Positions 8,639 through 17,596 of a DNA stretch of 64,000 nt are shown here, in pieces. Below the pieces are notes generated by a model. It was not told where the DNA came from, did not search any database, and saw only the letters and a list, made by a program, of their open reading frames with translations. Positions within the stretch are counted from its first letter, which is position 1; the number at the start of each line of letters is the position of its first letter. The position numbers and the translations under genes are program-made. This DNA is from an uncultured Gammaproteobacteria bacterium (GTDB taxonomy: Bacteria > Patescibacteriota > Patescibacteriia > Patescibacteriales > UBA12465): contig CAZDYJ010000002.1 of NCBI GenBank assembly GCA_964509735.1, forward strand, positions 481-64,480. Direction: 5' to 3'.

Positions 8639-9358
8639 TTAATCACCTCTTAATTCGCATAAATCAACATAAGCCGAGGCAATTTTTACAAACTCCTGCA
8701 TTTCCTCTCTGGTAAAAGCTTTTTTACCGCCAAATTTAGGGTCGACTAAATTAGTATCCGACTTAAAAAATTGCAAATACCATTTACTTGCTCCTTTTAT
8801 AAATTCTCCCATGGCTTTAAAATCGGACTTTTCTAGTAAACCTGGTACAACTGTAGTTCTAAACTCATAAGGGAGTCCACTTGATTTTATAATTTTAACA
8901 CTTTTCTTTAAATTATTAAAGCTTGTCTTTACTCCGACCACCTCTTCGTATTTTTCTAAAGAGGCTTTTATATCCATAGCAATATAATCGATTAATTTTT
9001 CATCGATTAATTCTTGAAGCATTTTTGGATTTGTTCCATTAGAATCTAACTTTACCTTATAACCAATTTTTTTTATCTGCCTAATAAAGTCAGGTAAGTC
9101 GGCGTGCAAAGTTGGTTCTCCACCAGTTATAACCACTCCTTCTAATTTGCCGAAACGTTCTTTTAAGAATAAAAGAAGGTCTTCGTCTTTAAGACCAAGA
9201 CCTTCTTTATTTTCCACGCCCGCACCCTGATTGGGCCAGACAAGCAAAGGGTTATAGCAAAAGTGGCAACGAAAATTACAACCGGAAGTAAATATAATTG
9301 CTGCCAAATGGTCGGGATAATCAATTAAGCTAAGTTTTTCTAAGCCACCAATAATCAT
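8639..9358 (-). CDS. nrdG: Anaerobic ribonucleoside-triphosphate reductase activating protein (radical SAM activase)
   Basis: N-terminal radical SAM cluster motif SGCNFRCHFCYNP (CxxxCxxC). It sits immediately downstream of nrdD in an nrdR-nrdD-nrdG arrangement. Confidence 0.65.
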   Translation of the reverse strand: MIIGGLEKLSLIDYPDHLAAIIFTSGCNFRCHFCYNPLLVWPNQGAGVENKEGLGLKDEDLLLFLKERFGKLEGVVITGGEPTLHADLPDFIRQIKKIGYKVKLDSNGTNPKMLQELIDEKLIDYIAMDIKASLEKYEEVVGVKTSFNNLKKSVKIIKSSGLPYEFRTTVVPGLLEKSDFKAMGEFIKGASKWYLQFFKSDTNLVDPKFGGKKAFTREEMQEFVKIASAYVDLCELRGD

Positions 9359-9394
9359 AAATATCTGCCGCTAAACGACCACTATTTCAAACTA

Positions 9395-9532
9395 ACAATT
9401 TTTAATTTCAAAAGTTTTTCTGTCCTGATATTCTGAAGCCTTGCCAGGATTATAATTTTTTACTGGAGTTAACCAGCCAACAACGCGGCTGTAAACAATG
9501 CATTCCTGTCTTTGAATTTTTACTGGGCTCAT
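9395..9532 (-). CDS. Stand-alone 45-aa ORF carrying the NrdD C-terminal glycyl-radical motif (split nrdD C-terminal fragment)
   Basis: Not in the ORF track because it is under 60 aa. Reverse-complement translation: MSPVKIQRQECIVYSRVVGWLTPVKNYNPGKASEYQDRKTFEIKNC*. The RVVG[W/Y]L.PV.N.N.GK..E...R..F pattern matches the class III RNR glycyl-radical loop. It lies between nrdD and nrdG. Confidence 0.4.
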
Positions 9533-9655
9533 ATATTTTTTGTAAATAAATAGATTTTTAATTGATATAAAAATTATTTTTTAAGTCAAATTAAAGTCTA
9601 TCTAAATTAATTATAAAACAAAATTATTTAAAATACAAACAAGGCAAAAATACCT

Positions 9656-11740
9656 TTATTCCCCTTGGTTAGCCTCTCTTATTTCAGTAACATCAGAATA
9701 ACCAATCTCCTCATCACATTTCGGACAGAACTTATGCTCTCCTGATAAATAGCCGTGCTTAGGGCAAATTGAGAAAGTTGGGGTTATGGTAAAATAAGGC
9801 AAACGATAATTATTAACAATTTTTTGCACTAATTTTTTAGCAGTTTCTCCGTTAGGTAATTTTTCACCGATATAACCGTGTAAAACTGTGCCGCCGGTAT
9901 ATTTTGTTTGCAAGTCGTCTTGTAAATCAAGGGCACTAAAAATATCGTTAGTGTGACTGACGTGAAGATGAGTTGAGTTTGTGTAATATGGGTTTGCTCC
10001 AGCAGTTTTTACCGCTTCAGTATTAGCACAAATAATTCCTGGGTATAGTTGTTGATCTTTCTTAGCAAAACGATAGGTACAACCTTCTCCTGGAGTAGCT
10101 TCTAAGTTATAAAGATTATTGGTTTCATTTTGAAAGTCCATCAATTTCTCACGCATGAAATCAAGAATTTCACCAGCAAAAGCTTTTCCTTCCGGACTAG
10201 CAATATCTTTGCCCATTAAATTTAAAGCTGCCTCATTCATTCCGTTTATCCCAATGGTTGAAAAATGATTTTGCCAATAAGTGCCGAATCTTTCACGTAT
10301 ATCACTCAAATAATACATCGAATAAGGGTAAAGTCTGTCTTCGGTAAACTTTTCTACTATTTTTCTTTTAATTTCTAAACTGTCTTTAGCTAAGTCCATT
10401 AACTCAACTAATTTTTCTTTAAATTCTTCTTTTGATTTTGAAAGATAACCTAGACGAGGTAGGTTAATTGTTACCACGCCAAGTGAACCAGTTAAAGGAT
10501 TAGCACCAAATAAACCGCCACCACGCTTTCTAAGTTCACGATTATCAAGTCTTAAACGACAACACATAGAACGAGCATCATCGCGATTCATGTCAGAGTT
10601 AACAAAATTAGAAAAGTAAGGAATACCATATTTAGCGGTCATCTCCCAGGCTGGTTTTAAACATTCTCTGTCCCAGTCAAAATCTTTATCAACATTATAG
10701 GTTGGGATAGGAAAGCCAAAAACACGACCAGTTGAATCTCCTTCAAGCATAACTTCCGCAAAAGCCTGATTAAACATATCCATTTCTGCCTGAAAGTCTT
10801 TATATTTTTCAGTTTTTAAATCTCCGCCAATAATAACATTTTCCTCGCCAATCATAGGTGATGGTACAACGTCTAAAGTAATATTAGTAAATGGTGTTTG
10901 AAAGCCAACACGAGTAGGAACATTAATATTAAACATAAACTCCTGCAAACCTTGTTTAACATCTTTATAGCTTAATTTATCATAACGAATAAATGGGGCT
11001 AAATAAGTATCGAAATTAGCAAAAGCTTGGGCCCCAGCGGCTTCGCCTTGCATAGTGTAGAAAAAATTAACAATTTGACCCAAAGCACTGCGAAAATGTT
11101 TTGGTGGTTTACTTTGAACTTTCTCGCTAACACCAGAAAAACCTTTAATAAGTAAGTCTTTTAAGTCCCAGCCACAACAATAAGGAGCTAGTAAGCCTAA
11201 ATCATGGATATGAAAATCGCCATTTACATGAGCATTTCTAATATTTTCTGGGTATAATTTATTTAACCAATAACGAGCTGAGATAGCAGAGGCGATATAG
11301 TTATTTAAACCTTGAACTGAGAAGCTCATGTTACTGTTTTCGTTAAGACGCCAGTCAGCTCTACCTAAATAATCTTCCATTAATTTTTCTTCAACTGTAT
11401 TCTGGTTTATGTCGCGTAGCTGACGGTGCTGGTCGCGATAAATAATAAAATTTTTAGCAATTTTAATTAATTTATTTTCAATTAAAACTTCTTCAACAAT
11501 ATCTTGAATTTCTTCAACAGCAGGAATACTATTTTTATGAAATTTAGCGTTAATTTTTAAAACAACCTGAGCGGTTAATTTGTCGGCTAAAACCTTATCA
11601 TCTAAATCAACCGATAAAGCGGACTTATAAATAGCATTAGAGATTTTTTCCGGATTAAAATCAACGATTTCTCCCGATCTCTTTCTTAATTTAGAAATAG
11701 TTTCAACACTTCCTGTGTTTGACTGGTTTTTTTCAGGCAT
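9656..11740 (-). CDS. nrdD: Anaerobic (class III) ribonucleoside-triphosphate reductase, large ORF ending after the Zn ribbon
   Basis: N-terminal ATP-cone-like segment. Conserved SMCCRLRL block. Gly-rich RKRGGGLFGANPLTGSLGVVTINLPR. C-terminal Zn ribbon CPKHG...CPKC. It is flanked by nrdR upstream and nrdG downstream. The large ORF stops 14 aa after the ribbon, without the RVxGY glycyl-radical loop. Confidence 0.8.
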   Translation of the reverse strand: MPEKNQSNTGSVETISKLRKRSGEIVDFNPEKISNAIYKSALSVDLDDKVLADKLTAQVVLKINAKFHKNSIPAVEEIQDIVEEVLIENKLIKIAKNFIIYRDQHRQLRDINQNTVEEKLMEDYLGRADWRLNENSNMSFSVQGLNNYIASAISARYWLNKLYPENIRNAHVNGDFHIHDLGLLAPYCCGWDLKDLLIKGFSGVSEKVQSKPPKHFRSALGQIVNFFYTMQGEAAGAQAFANFDTYLAPFIRYDKLSYKDVKQGLQEFMFNINVPTRVGFQTPFTNITLDVVPSPMIGEENVIIGGDLKTEKYKDFQAEMDMFNQAFAEVMLEGDSTGRVFGFPIPTYNVDKDFDWDRECLKPAWEMTAKYGIPYFSNFVNSDMNRDDARSMCCRLRLDNRELRKRGGGLFGANPLTGSLGVVTINLPRLGYLSKSKEEFKEKLVELMDLAKDSLEIKRKIVEKFTEDRLYPYSMYYLSDIRERFGTYWQNHFSTIGINGMNEAALNLMGKDIASPEGKAFAGEILDFMREKLMDFQNETNNLYNLEATPGEGCTYRFAKKDQQLYPGIICANTEAVKTAGANPYYTNSTHLHVSHTNDIFSALDLQDDLQTKYTGGTVLHGYIGEKLPNGETAKKLVQKIVNNYRLPYFTITPTFSICPKHGYLSGEHKFCPKCDEEIGYSDVTEIREANQGE

Positions 11741-11744
11741 AGTT

Positions 11745-12212
11745 TTAATTCTTATCTTTCTTATCTTTTATAAGTTTATTTAATTCTTTTTTAAATTCAC
11801 TAGCGTCTTTAAATGATTCGTAAACTGAGGCGTATCTGATATAGGCTATTTGATCTATTTTCTTTAAATTCTTCATGACCGCTAAGCCGATTTGTTTTGA
11901 AGTTATTTCATTTTTCTTTAATCTCTGCAAATCTCTTTCAATGGCGTGAATTAGGCGTTTAAATCTATCTTCGGTAATTGGTCTTTTTTCACAAGATTTT
12001 TTTAAACCACCAACTAACTTTTCCCGGCTATAAGCCTCTCTTCGTCCATCTCTTTTTACAATAATTAACTCAAGTAGTTCAATTTCCTCATAAGTCGAGA
12101 AACGAAAACTGCATTTTAAACATTCACGACGCCTGCGAATAGATAAGCCATCAGAAGCAACACGCGAGTCAACGACTTTTGTGTCGTCAAAATAGCAAAT
12201 CGGGCATTTCAT
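11745..12212 (-). CDS. nrdR: Transcriptional repressor NrdR
   Basis: MKCPICYFDDTKVVDSR...CLKC zinc ribbon followed by an ATP-cone; the N-terminal signature is typical of NrdR. It is immediately upstream of nrdD. Confidence 0.85.
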   Translation of the reverse strand: MKCPICYFDDTKVVDSRVASDGLSIRRRRECLKCSFRFSTYEEIELLELIIVKRDGRREAYSREKLVGGLKKSCEKRPITEDRFKRLIHAIERDLQRLKKNEITSKQIGLAVMKNLKKIDQIAYIRYASVYESFKDASEFKKELNKLIKDKKDKN

Positions 12213-12273
12213 AGTTTTTAAAATTAGAAAAATAAGGGAAAAACCTACATTTTGTGGACTTTTTATACTTTAA

Positions 12274-12289
12274 CCACTAAATATTGTGT
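12274..12289. promoter_or_regulatory. Candidate NrdR box (operator) upstream of nrdR
   Basis: cCACtAaATATTGTGT matches the published palindromic NrdR-box consensus acaCwAtATaTwGtgt at 14 of 16 positions. It lies about 60 bp upstream of the nrdR start. Confidence 0.35.
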
Positions 12290-12485
12290 CCTAATGATAT
12301 TTTAGCAAATTTTAAAAGCTTGGTCAATTCAGCTAATTTTAATGAAAATTTGCTAAAGAGTTGAAGTTATCCACAGTTAAATTTTATTTATTGTGAAATT
12401 GTATTAAAAACCTACCTCCTAATCTCGCACTCCCACTTCGCGATTTACCAAGAAATATTCATACGGGGCTTCTTGGTTATATAAA

Positions 12486-12517
12486 AAAGAAGTGCTGATT
12501 CCGTAGCACTTCTTTTT
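12486..12517 (-). terminator. Rho-independent terminator downstream of the AAA-ATPase gene (palindromic, possibly bidirectional)
   Basis: aaagaagtgct-gattccgt-agcacttcttt hairpin (11-bp stem) flanked by A/T runs on both sides. Confidence 0.55.
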
Positions 12518-12597
12518 ATAATTTCTCAATGTCTAACGTAGTCTGAATTATTTTATAATTATAGCTTTTTATTTAATTAAGGGCAAGTGGTTTATTA

Positions 12598-13872
12598 TCA
12601 AATACTTTGTTTATCACTATTTAAATTAACAAAAGCTAAAAGAGCTGCCGGAATAAAATAAATGCCTTTTTCGTGTTTTAAAACATTCTTAGTAATAATA
12701 ATTTTTTGATTAACATTACTATATCGCTCAACAAAATTTTTCATAATAACTGGCACACTTATTTTGTTACGATACTTTACCTCGCACAACATTAACTGAT
12801 TATTTTTAGATTCAATAACAAAATCAATCTCCGCCCCGCCATTAGTGCGATAAAAATGAATATATTCTTTATCGTATTGTCTAAGCAAGGTATTATAAAT
12901 AAAATTTTCCATGATAGCACCCTGCTCATTTTCCCCTATATTAAAAGAGCGTAAAAGATAGTTGCGTATTCCGATATCTAAAATATAAATCTTTGGCATT
13001 TTAGAAATTTCTGAGCGAATATTTTTAAAGTATGGCGTCACTAGATCAATGATATATGTTCCGCTTAATATTTCTAAATATTTTTTTAAAGTATTGATTG
13101 AAATATTGGCAGTACTAGAAAGTTCTTGATTGTTTACTAGTTGTCCAACTTGCCCAGCTAAAATTTTAATTAAACTATTAAAACCTGTGACATTTTCTAC
13201 ATTTAATTGGTTAATAATATCTTTGTTAATATAGGTCTTGATAATAGATTTTAAAACTTCTTCTTTTTCTGTGATGCCCTGAGTAGTTAAAACCTCTGGA
13301 TAAGCACCATAAGATAAATAGCTGTTTAAACTTAAATCTAACTTTGCTTTAAATGTTTGGAAAAATAATTCAAGCTCTTTGAAATTTTTAAGCTCATAAT
13401 TTTTCGTCTTAATTCCTTCGCTAAAATCAAAATACTCTTTAAAGTTAATCCTGCTGACATTAAAATGGATGGCCCTGCCGGTTAAAAATTCTGAATTTTT
13501 ATTTATCTCAAGCGAACTTGAACCACTAACAATTAACTGAATTTTATCTTTATGTTTGTCAAAAATATTTTTTAATAATAAACCAGCCTCATCTAAAACC
13601 TGAAATTCATCAATCATTAGATAAATAAAATTATTTGGAAAATTAAAATACTGTTTTAAGTATAGTTCTAAGGTAGCTAAACTTTTAAGAATTGGCTTGT
13701 TATCAGCGTCGTCGGCAAATAAATAAACCACCTTCTTGCCGTCTAGTTCCAAATCCTTCTTAATTTCTTTAAGAAGATAGGTCTTCCCGACTTGTCTAGC
13801 ACCTTTAATAATTAATATTTTTTCTTTCCCGAGCCAGGGCTTAATTTTGTCTAATATTTCTCTTTTAATCAT
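12598..13872 (-). CDS. AAA-family ATPase (DUF4143-type, ATP-binding protein)
   Basis: Walker A GARQVGKTYLL; Walker B YLMIDEFQ. The C-terminal region is typical of the DUF4143 'ATPase' family that is widespread as isolated genes in small-genome bacteria and archaea. Confidence 0.6.
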   Translation of the reverse strand: MIKREILDKIKPWLGKEKILIIKGARQVGKTYLLKEIKKDLELDGKKVVYLFADDADNKPILKSLATLELYLKQYFNFPNNFIYLMIDEFQVLDEAGLLLKNIFDKHKDKIQLIVSGSSSLEINKNSEFLTGRAIHFNVSRINFKEYFDFSEGIKTKNYELKNFKELELFFQTFKAKLDLSLNSYLSYGAYPEVLTTQGITEKEEVLKSIIKTYINKDIINQLNVENVTGFNSLIKILAGQVGQLVNNQELSSTANISINTLKKYLEILSGTYIIDLVTPYFKNIRSEISKMPKIYILDIGIRNYLLRSFNIGENEQGAIMENFIYNTLLRQYDKEYIHFYRTNGGAEIDFVIESKNNQLMLCEVKYRNKISVPVIMKNFVERYSNVNQKIIITKNVLKHEKGIYFIPAALLAFVNLNSDKQSI

Positions 13873-13905
13873 ACATTTAAATTTATACTAGAATTATATC
13901 ACATC

Positions 13906-13975
13906 ATTGATAAAAAAACAATAGAAAACTATCAGAGCATTGATAGAAAAACAATAGAAAACTATCAATCATATA
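13906..13975. repeat. Two ~28-bp direct repeats (ttgata[a/g]aaaaacaatagaaaactatca) in the upstream region of the AAA-ATPase gene
   Basis: ttgataaaaaaacaatagaaaactatcag ... ttgatagaaaaacaatagaaaactatcaa, followed by two copies of tagattaaagtttga at 14020-14075. Confidence 0.45.
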
Positions 13976-14081
13976 GAAAATATGAGTCTTGCTAGCTAAA
14001 ATTCGACTAAAAACAAAGTCAACTTAGATTAAAGTTTGACCAAAAGCAAAATCTAATTTAGATTAAAGTTTGAACAAAACA

Positions 14082-14111
14082 AAAGTCTGACTTTCATTTT
14101 AGTCAGACTTT
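14082..14111 (-). terminator. Rho-independent terminator downstream of ftsZ
   Basis: Perfect 11-bp stem aaagtctgact / agtcagacttt with loop ttcatttt; a T-rich tract follows on the minus strand. Confidence 0.55.
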
Positions 14112-14163
14112 ATAAATTTATTCAAATTTTTTATTTAATATTAGACAATTTTCCTAACTAGCT

Positions 14164-15396
14164 CTAGCCCATCTTTTTCCTAAGAAAAGTTGGAATACTT
14201 AAATCGTCATCTTCGTCCTCTATAATTTGCGGTTTTTGCACATTCTCTGCCTTCTTTTCAATTACTGGTTTAAGAGGAGCGTTTTTAAATATCGAACCAA
14301 ATTTATTAGCATTCTTTGATTCTTCAAAATTCTTTAAATCATCTTTCTTCTCTTCTTTTTTTCTCTCCATTTCTGCCTCCTTCTCTAAAATAAAAGGATT
14401 TGGAGTATATGATTTAACTGGCTCTGATTGCTGGTTTCGTCCATTTCCGTCAAAACCGGTCGCTACAACAGTAATTTTTATCTGATCTTTCATCTTCTCA
14501 TCAATAACAGCGCCAAATATAATTTTCGCATCTTCGTCAGCTGCTGAAGTTATAACTTTAGCCGCCTCGCTAACTTCGGTCATAGATAGGTCTGGACCGC
14601 CTGTGATAGTAAATACAATGCCCCGAGCGCCATCTATAGACATGTCTAATAAATTTGAGTTAATAGCGTCCTTAGCCGCTTCTATAGCCTTATTTTCACC
14701 GCTAGCCATACCAATACCCATTAAAGCCGAGCCGGCGTTAGACATAACCGCTTTTACATCAGCAAAGTCGGCGTTGATAATACCTGGAACAGTAATAATT
14801 TCGGCAATTCCTTGAACACCTTGACGCAAAACATCGTCAGCGGTTTTAAAAGCTTCAAGTAAGGGTAGTTTTTTATCAATAACCTGAAGTAATTTGTCGT
14901 TAGAAATAGTGATTATTGTGTCAACTTTATCAGATAAGTCCGCAAAGGCTCGGTCAGCGATATTTTTTCTTTGTCCGCCTTCGAAAATAAATGGTTTAGT
15001 GACAACAGCTACTGTTAAAGCCCCGGATTCCTTAGCTAATTGAGCAACTATAGGAGATGCCCCTGAACCAGTTCCTCCGCCTAGTCCACAAGTAACAAAA
15101 ACCATATCACAGTCCTTTAAAGATTCTTTTATTTCGTTCTGTGATTCCTCGGCAGCTGCTTTTCCGAGTTCTGGATTCATTCCAGCACCAAGTCCTTTAG
15201 TAACCGTTTTGCCAATATGAATTTTTTCATTTGCCTTGTTGTAATGTAAAGCCTGAACATCGGTATTTATTGCTAAAAAGCTAACGCCTTTAATACCGCT
15301 AGCAATCATTCGGTTAATAGCGCTACCGCCACCGCCACCAACGCCGATAACTTTTATTTTTGCAAATGTTTCAATTTCTGGTTTTACTTCAGCCAT
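14164..15396 (-). CDS. ftsZ: Cell division GTPase FtsZ
   Basis: GVGGGGGSAINRM and the tubulin signature GLGGGTGSGASPIVAQ; acidic/basic C-terminal tail. Confidence 0.9.
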   Translation of the reverse strand: MAEVKPEIETFAKIKVIGVGGGGGSAINRMIASGIKGVSFLAINTDVQALHYNKANEKIHIGKTVTKGLGAGMNPELGKAAAEESQNEIKESLKDCDMVFVTCGLGGGTGSGASPIVAQLAKESGALTVAVVTKPFIFEGGQRKNIADRAFADLSDKVDTIITISNDKLLQVIDKKLPLLEAFKTADDVLRQGVQGIAEIITVPGIINADFADVKAVMSNAGSALMGIGMASGENKAIEAAKDAINSNLLDMSIDGARGIVFTITGGPDLSMTEVSEAAKVITSAADEDAKIIFGAVIDEKMKDQIKITVVATGFDGNGRNQQSEPVKSYTPNPFILEKEAEMERKKEEKKDDLKNFEESKNANKFGSIFKNAPLKPVIEKKAENVQKPQIIEDEDDDLSIPTFLRKKMG

Positions 15397-15425
15397 ATAT
15401 CAATTTATTTAAATTATTTAAAATC

Positions 15426-16706
15426 TTATTTTGGCATTATCTTATTAAACAAGCCTTTAGCCTTATCCATTAAGCCACTTAATTTCTGACCCAAGCCTGG
15501 ACCTGAATTATAATTTTCCGCATCTTCATTGCTTCCCCAAATAACTAAACCTAAAGCAGTTAAAAATTCAGGATTTTTAACCTTATCAATTACAACATTA
15601 ATATTTTTAGCCACGCCTAAAGCAGCAGGTAGTCGTAAATGCATTTTTGCAGCATCAACAACATCTTCTAAACAAGCACCACCGCCCACAAAAATAACTC
15701 CAGCTGGCAACATTCCTGAGCGGTCTATTTTTTTAAATTCATTATCAATTTTATCAAAAATTTCCTCTACACGAGCATTAATAATTTCCGCTAAGTATTT
15801 AGGGGATACGGTTGAGATATCATCATTTACTTCCTCTTCTTTAACTAAGCGACTAATATCTATTTCATCTTTTTCATTTAAATCACCAGGAATAGCTCGT
15901 CCATACTCGCATTTAATTCTTTCCGCTAAATTAATCGGAGCTCTTAAACCAATAGCGATATCTGAAGTAATGTGTTCAGCGCCAATAGGCAAAACGGCGG
16001 TGTGAATTAAATTTCTTTCCTCGTAAACAGCCAAAGAACTAGTCGATGACCCAAGGTTAACTAAAGCAACTCCTAATTCTTTTTGTTTCGGACTAAGAAC
16101 AGCTTCAGCTGCTGCTAAAGGAGAGATTACCAAATCCTCAATCTCTAAACCAGTTCGGTAAATTGCTTTGGTTAAATTTTTTATCTGAGTGCTTAAGCCT
16201 TGAACAATTAAAACTTCAACTTCTAATCTAATGCCGTTCATGCCAATCGGGTCTTTTATATCAGCCTGATTATCAACGGCAAATTTAATCGGGATAACAT
16301 GTAAAATTTCATAATTTACCGGCACAGCTAAAGCTCTCGCCGCTTCAATCGCTCGGTTAACATCATTTTCATTAATTTCTCCATCACTTCTACCAACAGC
16401 AACAACGCCTTTGGATTTTTCACATTTAATATGAGGGTCATTAATACTTACCCAAACACGGGAAATAGGTACGCCAACTAATCTCTCAGCCTTTTCCAAG
16501 ACTTCGGAGATAGAAGAAGTAGCCTCTTCAATACTATTTACTATTCCACGACTAACGCCGGCAGTTGGTCCAGAAACCGCGCCAATAATTTGCAGCTCTT
16601 CACCGGCAGGACCGGCAATTTTCTGAGCTACAACTAAACGAATGGCGGTTGAGCCAACATCTAAACCAGCAATAATGTTATCTTTCATAAAATTATGGAT
16701 AACCAA
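15426..16706 (-). CDS. ftsA: Cell division protein FtsA (actin-like ATPase)
   Basis: IAGLDVGSTAIRLVV phosphate-1 motif, actin-fold segments, and position immediately upstream of ftsZ. Confidence 0.85.
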   Translation of the reverse strand: MVIHNFMKDNIIAGLDVGSTAIRLVVAQKIAGPAGEELQIIGAVSGPTAGVSRGIVNSIEEATSSISEVLEKAERLVGVPISRVWVSINDPHIKCEKSKGVVAVGRSDGEINENDVNRAIEAARALAVPVNYEILHVIPIKFAVDNQADIKDPIGMNGIRLEVEVLIVQGLSTQIKNLTKAIYRTGLEIEDLVISPLAAAEAVLSPKQKELGVALVNLGSSTSSLAVYEERNLIHTAVLPIGAEHITSDIAIGLRAPINLAERIKCEYGRAIPGDLNEKDEIDISRLVKEEEVNDDISTVSPKYLAEIINARVEEIFDKIDNEFKKIDRSGMLPAGVIFVGGGACLEDVVDAAKMHLRLPAALGVAKNINVVIDKVKNPEFLTALGLVIWGSNEDAENYNSGPGLGQKLSGLMDKAKGLFNKIMPK

Positions 16707-16762
16707 AAAAAAGCAAAAATCAAAAAATGATTATATTTTTATTATACAAGATTTATAAACTT

Positions 16763-17584
16763 TTAACAATAAGCACCAAGACACAAATACCAACTCAAAA
16801 TAGTCTCTCCAAAAAATAAAGCAATAAGTGTTCCAATTACTAAAAAAGGGCCTAATGCTAAGCGAGATTTAAAGCCTTTTTTACGTCGCCAAATTAAAAA
16901 TAAAGCAAAAATAGAGCCTATTAAATAGGTAATAAATAATGCCAGAAGTAAAATTTGCCAGTTAGCTAAATATGTTCCGATAAATAAGGCTATCCAAATA
17001 TCTCCCTCTCCGACGCCTTTTTTTCTGGTAACGATATATTGAAATAAAAAGAAAAAAGAACCAATGGCCATGGCTATAATAAGGGGCCAAAAGCTTAAAC
17101 CTAAAAATAAACTAAGAATAAAAACTAAGATTGTCGCCGGCCAGAGAAGAAGCATGGGCACTTCTTGCCAGCGCGCATCGTAGACGAAGATAATTATCAA
17201 AGAGCAAATAAAAATCCAATCTCTTAAAACAAATAAAAAGTTATTAGTCGAAATACTTAAGCCAATATTAAAAATAAAATCTACAAAAGAATAATCTAAA
17301 GGAAGATTAAAGGCTTTAAAAAAGGAAAAACTTAGTAGAAGTCCGGTCGCCAACTCAACTGCTGGATATTGCCAAGAAATATTTTTTTTACAATATCGAC
17401 ATTTAGCTTTTAAAATTAAGTAGGAAAAAAGAGGAATATTATCATACCAATTTATTTGCTTCCGACAATTAGGACAATACGACCGTCCCCAAATATTTTC
17501 TCTTTGACGCAAGCGCCAAATAAGGCAATTTAAAAAACTGCCAAAAATTAAAGCTATTAAAAAAACCATTATAAATAGAGTCAT
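16763..17584 (-). CDS. Prepilin peptidase (type IV leader peptidase, A24 family)
   Basis: N-terminal tetracysteine CPNC...CRYC; polytopic membrane protein; second catalytic Asp in VGEGDIW (GxGD-like). Confidence 0.7.
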   Translation of the reverse strand: MTLFIMVFLIALIFGSFLNCLIWRLRQRENIWGRSYCPNCRKQINWYDNIPLFSYLILKAKCRYCKKNISWQYPAVELATGLLLSFSFFKAFNLPLDYSFVDFIFNIGLSISTNNFLFVLRDWIFICSLIIIFVYDARWQEVPMLLLWPATILVFILSLFLGLSFWPLIIAMAIGSFFFLFQYIVTRKKGVGEGDIWIALFIGTYLANWQILLLALFITYLIGSIFALFLIWRRKKGFKSRLALGPFLVIGTLIALFFGETILSWYLCLGAYC

Positions 17585-17596
17585 ATAAACGATTAA

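Noticed and set aside
9533-9655. Group I or group II intron, or an intein, interrupting nrdD (known in T4 nrdD)
   Set aside because: The spacer is only 123 nt, extremely AT-rich and without recognisable P1-P9 pairings or intron-encoded ORF, which is too short for a self-splicing intron. An intein would be in-frame protein sequence, which this is not. The cause of the split remains open and is reported as a finding.
12213-12483. Structured ncRNA (RNase P RNA, tmRNA, SRP RNA, 6S) in the 270-bp nrdR upstream region
   Set aside because: None of the universal motifs were found (GGAAAGTCCGG for RNase P P4, tmRNA tag-reading frame or acceptor, SRP GNRA/AGCAGG helix 8). The region is better explained as promoter, operator and leader, with one NrdR-box match.
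14603-16005. Plus-strand ORFs 14603-14815 and 15529-16005
   Set aside because: Antisense to ftsZ and ftsA, whose translations carry unmistakable signatures. Ala/Ser/Ile-rich shadow ORFs.
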